The notes below the pieces were generated by a model. That model was given only the letters and a program-made list of their open reading frames with translations. It searched no databases and was not told the DNA's origin. DNA of 64,000 bases from Candidatus Micrarchaeota archaeon (GTDB lineage: Archaea > Micrarchaeota > Micrarchaeia > Norongarragalinales > Norongarragalinaceae), in contig JACQQD010000011.1 of assembly GCA_016207165.1 (NCBI GenBank), positions 6,515 to 70,514 of the forward strand. The letters are read 5' to 3'. Below, in pieces: positions 46,084-55,847 of the stretch. The position numbers and the translations under genes were made by a program. Positions within the stretch are counted from its first letter, which is position 1; every line of letters starts with the position of its first letter.

Positions 46084-47208
46084 ATGAAAAAAGAATTGGA
46101 CCCGTGGTCCACGCAACTCATTTCGGACTACGACTACTTGTTCAAAGAATTCGGGTTGCAGCACTTCGACGCCAAACTCCAAAAAAAACTCTCGGGCCAC
46201 CGCCTTTACCGAAGGGGCATCGTGTTTGCGCACCGGGACTTTGACCAATTCGTGCAAGCCTCGAAAAACAAACAGCCGACGGCCGTCATGACGGGCATCA
46301 AGCCCTCCGGGGAATTCCATTTGGGCTCCAAAATGACGGCCGAAGAAATCATTTTCCTCCAGAAACAGTTCAACAGCCGCTTGTTTTACGCCATTGCCGA
46401 CGTGGAAGCCTACGCCGACAACGGGCTGAATTTCCAGCAAAGCCACCAAAACGCGGTGGACAACGTCGCCGACTTGCTGGCCCTGGGCCTGGACCCCGAA
46501 AAGACGTTCGTCTACAAGCAATCCGAGAACATGCACGTCAACAACCTCGCCAACATTTTCGCCCGCAAAACCACGCTCAACACCCTGGAAGCCTTGTACG
46601 GCCACCAGAACCTGGCCCTGTATTTGGCGGTGCTCACGCAAGCCGGCGACATTCTGGCCCCTCAACTGGACGCCTTTGACGGCCCCAAACATACGGTGGT
46701 TCCCGTAGGCATCGACCAAGACCCCCACATCCGCTTCACCCGCGACTTGTCTGCCAAGTTCAAAGACGAATTCGGGTTCATCACGCCTGCGGCCACCTTC
46801 CACAAGTTCTTTCGAGCGTTAAACGGCGAGACGAAGATGTCCAAACGCGACCCCCTGAACATCATGACGCTCAACGACGACAACGTACTGCTCAAAAAGA
46901 AGTTGGCCAACGCGCTGACCGGCGGACGCGCCACCGCCGAAGAGCAAAGGCGGTTGGGCGCCAACCCGTACGTCTGCGTCGTGTTCGAGTTGATGAAGTA
47001 CCACTTCTACGACGACGACTCCGCGCTCAAGGACATGGAACAGGACTGCAAGAGCGGAAAACTGCTTTGCGGCGAGTGCAAGGCCATCCGCCTCAAACAC
47101 ATCCAAGAATACTACAAGAAGCACCAGGAAAAAAAGAAAAAAGCGCGCGCCCAAGCCGAACAAATCCTGGAACAACCCATCGCGTTCAAGAAGAAAAAGT
47201 CCAACTAA
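46084..47208 (+). CDS. trpS: tryptophanyl-tRNA synthetase, archaeal/eukaryotic type
   Basis: 'DPW', 'HRLYRRGIVFAHRD' and 'GIKPSGEFHLGS' (HIGH-region variant) align to the eukaryote/archaeal TrpRS N-terminus. 'KMSKRD' matches KMSKS. Lys-rich C-terminal tail. Confidence 0.7.
   Translation: MKKELDPWSTQLISDYDYLFKEFGLQHFDAKLQKKLSGHRLYRRGIVFAHRDFDQFVQASKNKQPTAVMTGIKPSGEFHLGSKMTAEEIIFLQKQFNSRLFYAIADVEAYADNGLNFQQSHQNAVDNVADLLALGLDPEKTFVYKQSENMHVNNLANIFARKTTLNTLEALYGHQNLALYLAVLTQAGDILAPQLDAFDGPKHTVVPVGIDQDPHIRFTRDLSAKFKDEFGFITPAATFHKFFRALNGETKMSKRDPLNIMTLNDDNVLLKKKLANALTGGRATAEEQRRLGANPYVCVVFELMKYHFYDDDSALKDMEQDCKSGKLLCGECKAIRLKHIQEYYKKHQEKKKKARAQAEQILEQPIAFKKKKSN
47155..47202. repeat. direct repeat copy 1 (3' end of trpS)
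   Basis: 48 nt repeated with 45/48 identity at 47279..47326. Confidence 0.7.
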
Positions 47209-47247
47209 CCCAACGGGGAAGGGGGATCCGGAGGAACGTAGAACTGA

Positions 47248-47269
47248 GGGGGAAACCGGGGTTTCCCCC
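47248..47269. other. 22-nt perfect hairpin GGGGGAAACC-GG-GGTTTCCCCC between the direct repeats
   Basis: Found between the two repeat copies. Confidence 0.6.
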
Positions 47270-47278
47270 GCGGTTTCG

Positions 47279-47326
47279 GCCGAGCAAATCCTGGAACAAC
47301 CCATCACGTTCAAGAAGAAAAAATAG
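47279..47326. repeat. direct repeat copy 2 (duplicate of trpS 3' end)
   Basis: Would encode '...ILEQPITFKKKK*', a copy of the trpS C-terminus. Confidence 0.7.
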
Positions 47327-47416
47327 CCACGCGGTTTGTGAGAACAAAGCTTAAAAGCGGAAACCAAGTCAACGTAGAGCCACGTTTTTTGTGGTGGGGA
47401 GTTTCAAGCACCGGAC

Positions 47417-48550
47417 ATGTTTCTCACGTTCCGCAACGCCAAGAAATTGGTGGCGCAACACGACACGCCGTTGATGGTCATCAGCAAATCACGCGTCCGC
47501 GCCAACTACCAGGCCCTCAAAAAAGCCTTGCCTCGCGTGCAAATCCATTACGCCTTGAAAGCCAACCCCCACAAAGGCATTTTGAACATTTTGCGCCAAG
47601 AAGGCTCCGAGTTTGACGTCGCGTCCTACCAGGAAATCAAGTGGCTCTTGGACATCGGCGTGGATTCCACGAAAATGATTTACGCCAACCCCATCAAGTC
47701 CGTACCCGACTTGGTGCGGGCGTACAACGTCGGCGTGGAAAAATTCGTGTTCGACAACGACACGGAACTCCAGAAGATGGCGCGGTACGCCAAAGACGCC
47801 GACGTGGTGCTGAGGCTGTTCGTGGACAACAACGCGGCGTACTACAAGTTGTCCGCCAAATACGGGGCGCAGCCCAAGCACGCCATCCGGTTGCTGAAAA
47901 AAGCCCAGAAACTGGGCCTGAACCCCGTCGGCCTCGCATTTCACGTGGGGTCCCAGAACACGCGGTCGGAAGACTACATCAACGCCATCAAGACCTCCGT
48001 GAAAATCTACAAGGAAGCCAAGAAAAAAGGCGTCGAACTTGAACTCTTGGACATCGGCGGCGGGTTTCCCGTCCGGTACGGCCACAAGAAAACCGACAAC
48101 GGGCACGTGGACGCCAAGCAAATCCTTTCCGACGTCAACGCCGCTTTAGAGGAGAACGTGCCGGAGTCGTTGGAGGTCATCGCCGAACCCGGACGCTTCA
48201 TCATCGGCGACGCCGCGATTCTGATTTCCCGCGTGATCGGCAAATCCAAGCGCAACCGCGTCATTTGGTATTACTTGGACGACGGCTACTACCACTCCTA
48301 CACCGACCTTCACGCCTCGAACTGGAAGTACGAATTCGTTCCCCAACGAAAGCAACGCAAACGCCACAAAATCCGCTCCGTGTTGGCGGGCCCCACGTGC
48401 GACTCGTACGACGTCATCGCGAAAAGCATTTGGCTTCCAGAGTTAGAAATCGGGGACCTCATCATGTCGCCCAACATGGGCGCGTACAGCACCGCCATTT
48501 CCAGCCAGTTCAACGGTTTTCCGCCCGCCAAAACCATCTACGTCGATTAA
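47417..48550 (+). CDS. PLP-dependent Orn/Lys/Arg decarboxylase family 2 (ODC-like)
   Basis: 'YALKANP' PLP-lysine motif, 'GGGFPV' and 'EPGRFIIGDAA' motifs of alanine-racemase-fold decarboxylases. Confidence 0.7.
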   Translation: MFLTFRNAKKLVAQHDTPLMVISKSRVRANYQALKKALPRVQIHYALKANPHKGILNILRQEGSEFDVASYQEIKWLLDIGVDSTKMIYANPIKSVPDLVRAYNVGVEKFVFDNDTELQKMARYAKDADVVLRLFVDNNAAYYKLSAKYGAQPKHAIRLLKKAQKLGLNPVGLAFHVGSQNTRSEDYINAIKTSVKIYKEAKKKGVELELLDIGGGFPVRYGHKKTDNGHVDAKQILSDVNAALEENVPESLEVIAEPGRFIIGDAAILISRVIGKSKRNRVIWYYLDDGYYHSYTDLHASNWKYEFVPQRKQRKRHKIRSVLAGPTCDSYDVIAKSIWLPELEIGDLIMSPNMGAYSTAISSQFNGFPPAKTIYVD

Positions 48551-48572
48551 AAACCGAGAAACGCATGGAACC

Positions 48573-50072
48573 GTGATGGCCAACAATGCAACGCGCTTCC
48601 GCGGGGCGCCGGCACTCAGCAAACAAGACGAATTCCAGCAGGCGTTGCGAAGCCTCATCTCCGAAGATCCCACGCGGGGCAATAAAGAACTCGTCGACGA
48701 ATTAAACCGGAGACTGGAAGACTACCTGGCCCAACACTACCAAGGCGGACGCGTGACCCGCGCCGATGTCCGATACGGAAGACGCCACGCGCTAAAACAA
48801 ATTCAGGACGCGCTGTACACCAAAGACCCAAAACAAGACCATTGGTCGCACGAAGAACTGAATCGGCTCACATTTCTGTGGGGACAACGGCCTTCGCCCG
48901 AGTGGCTTTCCCGCGTACAGCAATTTCACGCCAACAAAGCACTTCATTTGCTGTTCGAACCGCGGCTGCGGACACCCGTCCACTGGCGCGAAGTGCCCGC
49001 CAAACTCCACCAGAAGCGAAGGCAACGGGGCCTTGAAAGCGTGGCGGACTTAAGCGACAACGACATTGTTTCGGCCATACCGGAAAACGTGGCATTTCTT
49101 CGGCGAGTCAAAGGACTCAAAACAAGCAAGGCCTGCGATTTGATCATTCAACAAGTCGCTGAAATTCCGCGCAACCCAAGCACGACAAACTGGAAGGACG
49201 CGAAAACAAGGGAAACGTTTGCTCGAAGCCTCATGCACCGCTTTGGCCGCGTGAAAGATATCCCAATCCAAAGCGTTCCCAAAGCACTGATCCGGTTCTA
49301 CGGAACGCAGAAACGCGGAAAATACGTGGGGGCACTGGCCAGACTGCTCTCCGAATTCAACTTAATCACTCCCGAACAGTCCACTCGATTGACGGCGTAC
49401 CGGAGCCACAACCGCCGCCGACGCATCCTGCTTCAACACTTAAACCCAAACGCAGGCCAAGCCAAATACCGAGACCTGACCGGCATGGCCAAAGGACCCA
49501 TCAGCAGGACATTCGTCCAAATGGAAAGAGAACTGAGAGCCGCGTTTGCCGAAGTTCAAAAAGGACAAAGAACCCTGGCGGACGTCGCCAGAGAATTCGG
49601 AGTTGGAGCGCGGGGAATCCAGACGCTCTACAAACCATTTGAACAAGACGGTTCCCTAACGCTGTTCTCATACCGCGGAACCGCCAAACCCGAATTTCGC
49701 GAAGACATGAAAACAATGGGCGCGTTGAACAAAGACCTTGAAGAACACTGGCATGCACTGGGCGGCCGAAACCAAAACGGCAGAAGGCTTGCACCCGGAA
49801 GCCAAGTCAGCATGCCCCCTCAAATCAGACGACTGCGAACCCTGCTTCATAAACTCCGAAGAGCCAAAGAACTCAACGCAAGAACGGTCGGACGGCACGT
49901 CGCCGAGGCTCAAAGCATGTGCGAACGCCTAACCGAAAACGGGTCCGCCATCACCATCCGCCAACCGCGAGCCAAACTCGTCACCGAACGAACCATACCG
50001 GGCACCCGCTTTACGAACCTCCACCACACCCTGGAAGCCATCCGCCACGAACACCGGCTTTGGGCCGCGTGA
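48573..50072 (+). CDS. hypothetical Arg-rich protein (499 aa)
   Basis: Long intact ORF. No recognisable domain. Confidence 0.3.
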   Translation: MMANNATRFRGAPALSKQDEFQQALRSLISEDPTRGNKELVDELNRRLEDYLAQHYQGGRVTRADVRYGRRHALKQIQDALYTKDPKQDHWSHEELNRLTFLWGQRPSPEWLSRVQQFHANKALHLLFEPRLRTPVHWREVPAKLHQKRRQRGLESVADLSDNDIVSAIPENVAFLRRVKGLKTSKACDLIIQQVAEIPRNPSTTNWKDAKTRETFARSLMHRFGRVKDIPIQSVPKALIRFYGTQKRGKYVGALARLLSEFNLITPEQSTRLTAYRSHNRRRRILLQHLNPNAGQAKYRDLTGMAKGPISRTFVQMERELRAAFAEVQKGQRTLADVAREFGVGARGIQTLYKPFEQDGSLTLFSYRGTAKPEFREDMKTMGALNKDLEEHWHALGGRNQNGRRLAPGSQVSMPPQIRRLRTLLHKLRRAKELNARTVGRHVAEAQSMCERLTENGSAITIRQPRAKLVTERTIPGTRFTNLHHTLEAIRHEHRLWAA

Positions 50073-50115
50073 AAACCGCCGACGAAATTAAAAGCCGTGC
50101 AACCATACGTGTGCC

Positions 50116-52623
50116 ATGAAGGTCTTCTTGTTTTTCGCGCTCCTTCTTGCAACCGCTTCCGCCGTTGCCGTCGAAAGCGTGCAGGGGATTGGACCGAAAA
50201 ACCCCACCCTTTTTGAACCCGTTGAATTCAAGATCCGTTTTTCCGCCAACCTTGGAGATGAAGCACAAGGAACCACGCACAATTACTGGCTGATTCTTGA
50301 AGACCAAAACCATGAGCGTGCCGTGGTTCGCCCGTACGGCGACTTTAGCTACTACGAGGATTTCACCGGATACAAAACAATCACCCTCCGCGAATCCCTG
50401 AACATCGAACCCAAATACACGGGCAAGCCCCTGAAAGCCGCGATCGCGTGGAGCGTTCAAGACGACACACAAACCCAATCGGGAAAAGCGTATTGGGGAA
50501 ACGCCAACGACTTCAAAAACGACGTCATCGTCTTTCAAGCACCGGCTTCCGACCAAGAAACCGTTGGAGGCGTGTTGCTGGATTTCGTCCGAGAAAAATA
50601 CGCCCGGAGGGATTTTCAAGCCATTCATGACGCGTTGTTCTTGCGACCCATGGCCAAGTTGGACTCGCACGCGTGCGACATCAACGCGTACTGGGTCATG
50701 AGCCAGGTCGCCATCAAGAAAAACCCGTTTCAAGACGACGAATTCTACGACAACACGCGGCACCCGAAAACGGTTTTTGAAAACTGGGAGAACTGCCTCG
50801 AGGAAACCAAGAATCGGTTCACCCAGACGCTCTCCAGCGCCGTGATCCTGGACAAAAAAGAAAAGGATGAGTACGTGCTGGCGTTGAACACCCAAACCGG
50901 TTTTCCAACGAGCACTACGTTGAACGTCCGCAACTCCAAAAACCAGGAAGTGCGGATTCGCTTGGCGGACGTAGGCGCCCAGCAAGTCCGGTTGGAGCTT
51001 GACGCCAGCGGCGAGTCCCTTCCTTTGAACCAAGACGGCGTGCTGAAAACGGGTTTGACTCCCGAAGAACTTGAACAGCATCCGCTGAACAACCAAAACC
51101 TCGGATTGACGTTTGAACTGAAAGCCGTCAAAGCGCCCCTGGTTCTTCTATCCGTCAAGCGGGCTTCAGGACAACTTGACCGCAACGGCAACTGCCGTTT
51201 TTTCGCCGGCAAACCAGACGCCGCAATCCACGTGGCCGTGGCCCCCCACGAATACCGAGGCAACCAAGAAAAATTCGAAAAAGACCTGCAAAAAGCCGTG
51301 TGGCTCCTGGAGCAAACCCTTCAAGAACGGTTTGACCAAATCAAGATCAGCGTGCTGGAATCCGAAGTGCCCTGCGTGAAAAAAAACCGGCATCTGTTTT
51401 GCGACACGTCCTTCGCGCAAGCGGCCTGCAACACGGACTACGTGTACGTCCACGCCAACGAGCAACCCTTCCAAAAAGGCGACAAGACATTGTTGCGCGG
51501 CATACGGCAAGGCAATCAAGCCAACTGCCCGGCGAACGCCCCCGAATGCTTCCGCCACGAATTGGGCCACCTCTGGTTCGGCCTCTCCGACCGGTACTGC
51601 TGCGACGGCGGCTACTTTCCGCCCACCGTTTACGCCGACGAAGCGAAATGCCGCTCCACCGTGCAAAGATTGTACTCTAAAACATCTGCCGAACTTCAAA
51701 AAAAGTTCACCCGCCACCTGGCCAGCTTCCTGGACAAAGAAACCGCCCCCGACGGAGAGTCCGTCTTGAACCCCTACGGCTTGGACGCGACGCTGTTTTC
51801 CTTGTCCAGCCAACAACGCGCACCGCTGCTTAAAACCCCACAATGCAAGTCGTTCCAAGACGTCCACGAAAAAAAGCGATTCATTTTCAGTCAGGACTCC
51901 GTCATGAAAAAAAATGCGTACCCCGCGTTTTCCATCGACGAATTGGCCGCCGTGGACCGCGTCTTGAAGGACCCAGAAGGCAAAAAGACGGGACCAATCC
52001 AAGCGGAAAACGCAAAAAGCCTGGAATTCGATGGCCACCGAGCCAAAAAAGTCTTGCACGCGAAACTGGAATTCCACGACAACAAGCTCGCCATAACGGA
52101 CGCCATCCTGCAGTACGCCGACGCGCAACCCACCCTCATTTCGCAACCCGGAGGCATCCAAATCGCTTTTTTTGACGCCGACGGCCAAAGCGTGGTCGTA
52201 CACGCCATCCCGGATCCCCGGCACGTATTCATTGACGACTTTTCAAAAGAAGAATTGACGGGCGGTTTCTTCGTGGACCCCGACGCCTCTTTTTCGCTGC
52301 GCTTGCCGTTCCCGGAGGAAGCAAAAACCCTGGAGTTTTACGACGAAAGCGGCTTGCTTTTGCGCACGGACGTTGACGGCGTGACGTCCAATTTCTGTCA
52401 AACCAGGACCGTCAAAGAGGATGACTACTGCGAACCGTTGTGCCAAAGCGACGCGGACTGCACAACCGTCAACGCCGTTCCGGCATCGGTCGCGCCAACG
52501 CCTGCACCGCCTATCCAGCCCGCGTCAACGACGTCCGCCGACGCATTTCCAGTCTACGCCACGGCGTTTCTCGTGGTTCTGGTGCTAGCCTTCTACGCCG
52601 TGTTTTGGAGGAAAACGGCGTGA
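50116..52623 (+). CDS. large secreted surface protein with HExxH zinc-metalloprotease motif and C-terminal TM anchor
   Basis: Signal peptide 'MKVFLFFALLLATASAVA'. 'FRHELGHLWFG' HExxH motif. Thr/Pro-rich linker, then a C-terminal TM with a basic tail. Confidence 0.5.
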   Translation: MKVFLFFALLLATASAVAVESVQGIGPKNPTLFEPVEFKIRFSANLGDEAQGTTHNYWLILEDQNHERAVVRPYGDFSYYEDFTGYKTITLRESLNIEPKYTGKPLKAAIAWSVQDDTQTQSGKAYWGNANDFKNDVIVFQAPASDQETVGGVLLDFVREKYARRDFQAIHDALFLRPMAKLDSHACDINAYWVMSQVAIKKNPFQDDEFYDNTRHPKTVFENWENCLEETKNRFTQTLSSAVILDKKEKDEYVLALNTQTGFPTSTTLNVRNSKNQEVRIRLADVGAQQVRLELDASGESLPLNQDGVLKTGLTPEELEQHPLNNQNLGLTFELKAVKAPLVLLSVKRASGQLDRNGNCRFFAGKPDAAIHVAVAPHEYRGNQEKFEKDLQKAVWLLEQTLQERFDQIKISVLESEVPCVKKNRHLFCDTSFAQAACNTDYVYVHANEQPFQKGDKTLLRGIRQGNQANCPANAPECFRHELGHLWFGLSDRYCCDGGYFPPTVYADEAKCRSTVQRLYSKTSAELQKKFTRHLASFLDKETAPDGESVLNPYGLDATLFSLSSQQRAPLLKTPQCKSFQDVHEKKRFIFSQDSVMKKNAYPAFSIDELAAVDRVLKDPEGKKTGPIQAENAKSLEFDGHRAKKVLHAKLEFHDNKLAITDAILQYADAQPTLISQPGGIQIAFFDADGQSVVVHAIPDPRHVFIDDFSKEELTGGFFVDPDASFSLRLPFPEEAKTLEFYDESGLLLRTDVDGVTSNFCQTRTVKEDDYCEPLCQSDADCTTVNAVPASVAPTPAPPIQPASTTSADAFPVYATAFLVVLVLAFYAVFWRKTA

Positions 52624-53300
52624 CGCTCCAATTTCTGTACAACGAAGCCGCCGCCAAGCTTCACGACGCTCTTTTGTTGTCCGACCTGCATTTGGGCATC
52701 GAATACGACCTCCAAGAAAAAGGCTACCACGTGCCCCTCCAATTCAAGGCCGTGGCCGCCCACGTCAACGCGATAATCAAGCAATCCAGGGCCCGCCAAG
52801 TCATCTTTCTTGGAGACGTCAAGCACGACGTGTTCGGTTTGAAGGACAAGGAACACCGCATGCTCAACGCGTTTTTCCGCCGGCTTAAAACCAAGCGCAT
52901 CACCGTCTGCAAGGGCAACCACGACTCGGAAATCGAGGCCGTAAAAGGCATCACAGTCGCTGCACCGGAAGGATTTCTTTTCGAAGACACGCTCTTGTTT
53001 CACGGCCACGCGCAACCCGACCCTGAACTCGTCAAGAAGGCCGACGCGATTTGTTGCGGCCACGAGCACCCCTTGGCGCAAATCCGGGAAGGACGGCACA
53101 CGTGGACGGAGAAAGCCTGGATTCTCGGCTTGCAAGGCAAAAAGCGGTTCACCGTGTTCCCGCATTTCGGGCCCTTAGTGGGGGGACGCGTGTTTGACCC
53201 GGAAAAACACCTCGTGCGCTTTCTGTCCAATGCGTCTTGCCGCAACGCCTCGGCGCACCTGTTAAGCGGAGTCCGCCTGGGCAAAGTCAGGAACGTATAG
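52620..53300 (+). CDS. calcineurin-like metallophosphoesterase
   Basis: 'SDLHLG', 'GDVKHD', 'GNHD', 'FHGH' and 'CCGHEHP' motifs. GTG start overlapping the upstream stop. Confidence 0.6.
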   Translation: MTLQFLYNEAAAKLHDALLLSDLHLGIEYDLQEKGYHVPLQFKAVAAHVNAIIKQSRARQVIFLGDVKHDVFGLKDKEHRMLNAFFRRLKTKRITVCKGNHDSEIEAVKGITVAAPEGFLFEDTLLFHGHAQPDPELVKKADAICCGHEHPLAQIREGRHTWTEKAWILGLQGKKRFTVFPHFGPLVGGRVFDPEKHLVRFLSNASCRNASAHLLSGVRLGKVRNV

Positions 53301-53304
53301 TCCC

Positions 53305-54144
53305 TTAATACAAACCGAATTCCCGATCGTGCCGCTGAATCGCTTTCAAGCGGGTGGGCCAATCCGCATCCCAAGCCTGGACGGAAGCGTATTCGGATGT
53401 CGGACGCAAGACGAGCAACGGTACCGCCCGGCCCAAGATATTCCCTGCATGAACCTGCAACTGGCGACCGTATTCTTCCTGGCCTTCAAGACAATAAACC
53501 GCATTCACGCCCATGGCTTGGTGCCCTCCGAAAAATAATTCGTTGTACGTTGACTTGACGCGTTGGCGTAACATGTTCGCCGGCGACTTGACTTTCCCAG
53601 AGTGCCGTTGGAGATACGCGTCCGTGCGCGCCGCATTGTGCTCGGTGCCCGAATCGGTGGGCCAGGCCACATGCAGGATGTCGGCGTTCTCCGGCACCCC
53701 CGAAAAATCCAAGACCAAGCCCGCCAAGCGAGCGGAAAGCACGTGATCCAAGGGCTCGGAAACGCCCAAGACGCCGGAAGCATGCCTCGCATCTAGCCGC
53801 GCGACCAGCGAAGAGGAAAACGTCCGGCGGGGGTCGCGCAGCAACGCGATTTCCTCCCGCACGAAGTCCTCGGGATAAAACGAGGCGCGTTGATCCTTGA
53901 GTGCAACGCCTCTGGATTTCCAGTACCGGTGTCCAGAGTCTGGCAACCCCAACCCCCGAAGCACATACACAAAATTCTCCGGGGTTTGGGGATTCTGCGC
54001 CAACACCCGCTTGTAATTGGAAAAACGCGCCTCGGCAAAGCGCTTTCGTAAGCCCAAGCGAGCCGCCATCCATCGAAGGGGATTAAACAAGACATGCACC
54101 TTGCACGGAAAAAGAGCCAAGCATCCAGATAAACCAGCCGCCAA
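53305..54144 (-). CDS. hypothetical protein (279 aa)
   Basis: Intact ORF. No confident family assignment. Confidence 0.35.
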   Translation of the reverse strand: MAAGLSGCLALFPCKVHVLFNPLRWMAARLGLRKRFAEARFSNYKRVLAQNPQTPENFVYVLRGLGLPDSGHRYWKSRGVALKDQRASFYPEDFVREEIALLRDPRRTFSSSLVARLDARHASGVLGVSEPLDHVLSARLAGLVLDFSGVPENADILHVAWPTDSGTEHNAARTDAYLQRHSGKVKSPANMLRQRVKSTYNELFFGGHQAMGVNAVYCLEGQEEYGRQLQVHAGNILGRAVPLLVLRPTSEYASVQAWDADWPTRLKAIQRHDREFGLY

Positions 54145-54250
54145 GCCCCGTGAGAAAGGCTTTTTTAAGTGTTTCCGACAACCATTCTACCCGTTAGTCA
54201 AACCATTCAACCAGTCAATGGAAAGTCTGCAACGTCATAGGTGATTTCAG

Positions 54251-54745
54251 ATGGGTAGGGGCCGAGAACGCTTGATCAACTGCGCGCAGTGCGGCCGGCA
54301 AGTGCGCCGCGACAAGGCGGTGACCATCGAAAAACCCGTGTTCACCAACCCCCTGGACCGCGACGAAGTCTACGACGAGCAATACACCCGCATGCTGACG
54401 CGCGAATTCTCGTACTGTCCTTCGTGCGGCAAGCACTTCCGCATCTACCAGAAGAAGACGCAGCAAAACGAACGCGCCCGCGAGCGCGAACGCAGCCGCC
54501 AATTCTTCCAACGCCGCCCCATGCGGCCCCGCGAACCCCAGGGCCAGAAACCCACGGCCCCGGCGGTCGCCGTCACCCAGGAGACCAACGCCGAAGAAGC
54601 GGAAGCAACCGTCGCACAAGACCGCATTCAGACGCAGGCCGAGGAAAAAGAGTTGGAAGTCGGCGAACAAGTCGACCAAGAGCAAGAAGAAGCGCTCAAG
54701 GAAGAATCCGAGGGAACGGATTCCGACGAAGAGAAAAACGCGTGA
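54251..54745 (+). CDS. zinc-ribbon protein, possibly ribosomal protein S26e-like, with Lys/Glu-rich tail
   Basis: 'MGRGRERLINCAQCGRQVRRDKAV...CPSCGKH' resembles the S26e C..C / C..C layout and 'KDKA' box. Low-complexity acidic/basic C-terminus. Confidence 0.35.
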   Translation: MGRGRERLINCAQCGRQVRRDKAVTIEKPVFTNPLDRDEVYDEQYTRMLTREFSYCPSCGKHFRIYQKKTQQNERARERERSRQFFQRRPMRPREPQGQKPTAPAVAVTQETNAEEAEATVAQDRIQTQAEEKELEVGEQVDQEQEEALKEESEGTDSDEEKNA

Positions 54746-54771
54746 AGCGCTAGGGGCACACGCTCTTAGCC

Positions 54772-54844
54772 GGGCCCGTAGTCGAATGGCCAAGACGCCA
54801 CTCTCACACAGTGGAGACTGCCGGTTCGATTCCGGCCGGGCCCA
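54772..54844 (+). tRNA. tRNA-Val(CAC)
   Basis: Hand-folded cloverleaf. Acceptor GGGCCCG/CGGGCCC+A. Anticodon stem CCACT/AGTGG with loop CTCACAC. T-arm GCCGG-TTCGATT-CCGGC. No encoded CCA. Confidence 0.75.
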
Positions 54845-54889
54845 CTCCCTCCTTCTTTTAATAGGAGAACTTCGAAGACGACATACGGT

Positions 54890-55777
54890 ATGCCTGAAGA
54901 AAGGATTCACGCCATCGGGGTTCATTCCGTTGCCAACACGTACGAGGCCCGGCCCCACCCCTCCGCCGTTACCCAGCAGGACATCGACCTCAAACTACCG
55001 GGGGTATCGGTAAGGCCAACGACCAACCTAGCGCTTTTGGAAAGTCACTTGAAGGAACTCAGGGACCAAAACGTCACGCGCATCGGGTTTGAACGCCTGG
55101 CAACAGGCCATCCCAGCCCCGATAGCGATGAAGCCGAATACTGGAGGGAAGCGGAAGCCCTGGCCAAAAAACACGGCATGACCGTCTACGGACTGCACAA
55201 AAAATCGCCAATCGCCGAGTTGGATGCCTTCAGCCGCTTGATTACAACCGCCATGAAACTCGGCCGCTACCAGTGGAACGAAATCAGCGTGTTGTACCAA
55301 GAACAAGCCCGACAAGACCGCGGAAAACCCCAGAGATTTCACGACAAAATCCAAACCATGCTTAAAGCCGTCCTGACCCACGCAAGCGAAACTGGAACGC
55401 ATTGGTTCAGCCGGGAAGGCCTTGAACGCCTCCGGCACGCCATTGAATTTGAGAAATCCGTTTGGATGCGCCTAGACGCCGTGACCCAAAAGTTAAGCCA
55501 CGTCGTGATGAACACGCACCACGTGGAAAACCTGGAGGCCTTGAATTTTGCGGAGCCCACCTACGTGGGAGCCGTCAACGCGGAGGAAATCGATGAGGCC
55601 GAACGTCAACGAAGAGCGCAACGATTGAGGAAAACAGAGCTGAAAAAAGCGAAGAAAGGCGAAACCCCCAATTACCTTGAAGAAGCCGAAAAACGAAGAG
55701 ACGACCACTACAACCTCCAACAACTCACAGCCAAATTAAGCGCGATTACGCTCGGGCAAACGCACAAGCGCCCATAA
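54890..55777 (+). CDS. hypothetical protein (295 aa)
   Basis: Intact ORF. No motif recognised. Confidence 0.3.
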   Translation: MPEERIHAIGVHSVANTYEARPHPSAVTQQDIDLKLPGVSVRPTTNLALLESHLKELRDQNVTRIGFERLATGHPSPDSDEAEYWREAEALAKKHGMTVYGLHKKSPIAELDAFSRLITTAMKLGRYQWNEISVLYQEQARQDRGKPQRFHDKIQTMLKAVLTHASETGTHWFSREGLERLRHAIEFEKSVWMRLDAVTQKLSHVVMNTHHVENLEALNFAEPTYVGAVNAEEIDEAERQRRAQRLRKTELKKAKKGETPNYLEEAEKRRDDHYNLQQLTAKLSAITLGQTHKRP

Positions 55778-55847
55778 GCGAAATCGTCCCACCGCCTTCC
55801 AAAGCAAAGAATTAAAGAATTGGATTCCCGCTACAGTCCTACGTCGT

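Noticed and set aside
50011-51096. 361-aa minus-strand ORF inside the HExxH surface-protein gene
   Set aside because: Antisense to a gene with a signal peptide, HExxH motif and C-terminal anchor. Low-complexity translation.
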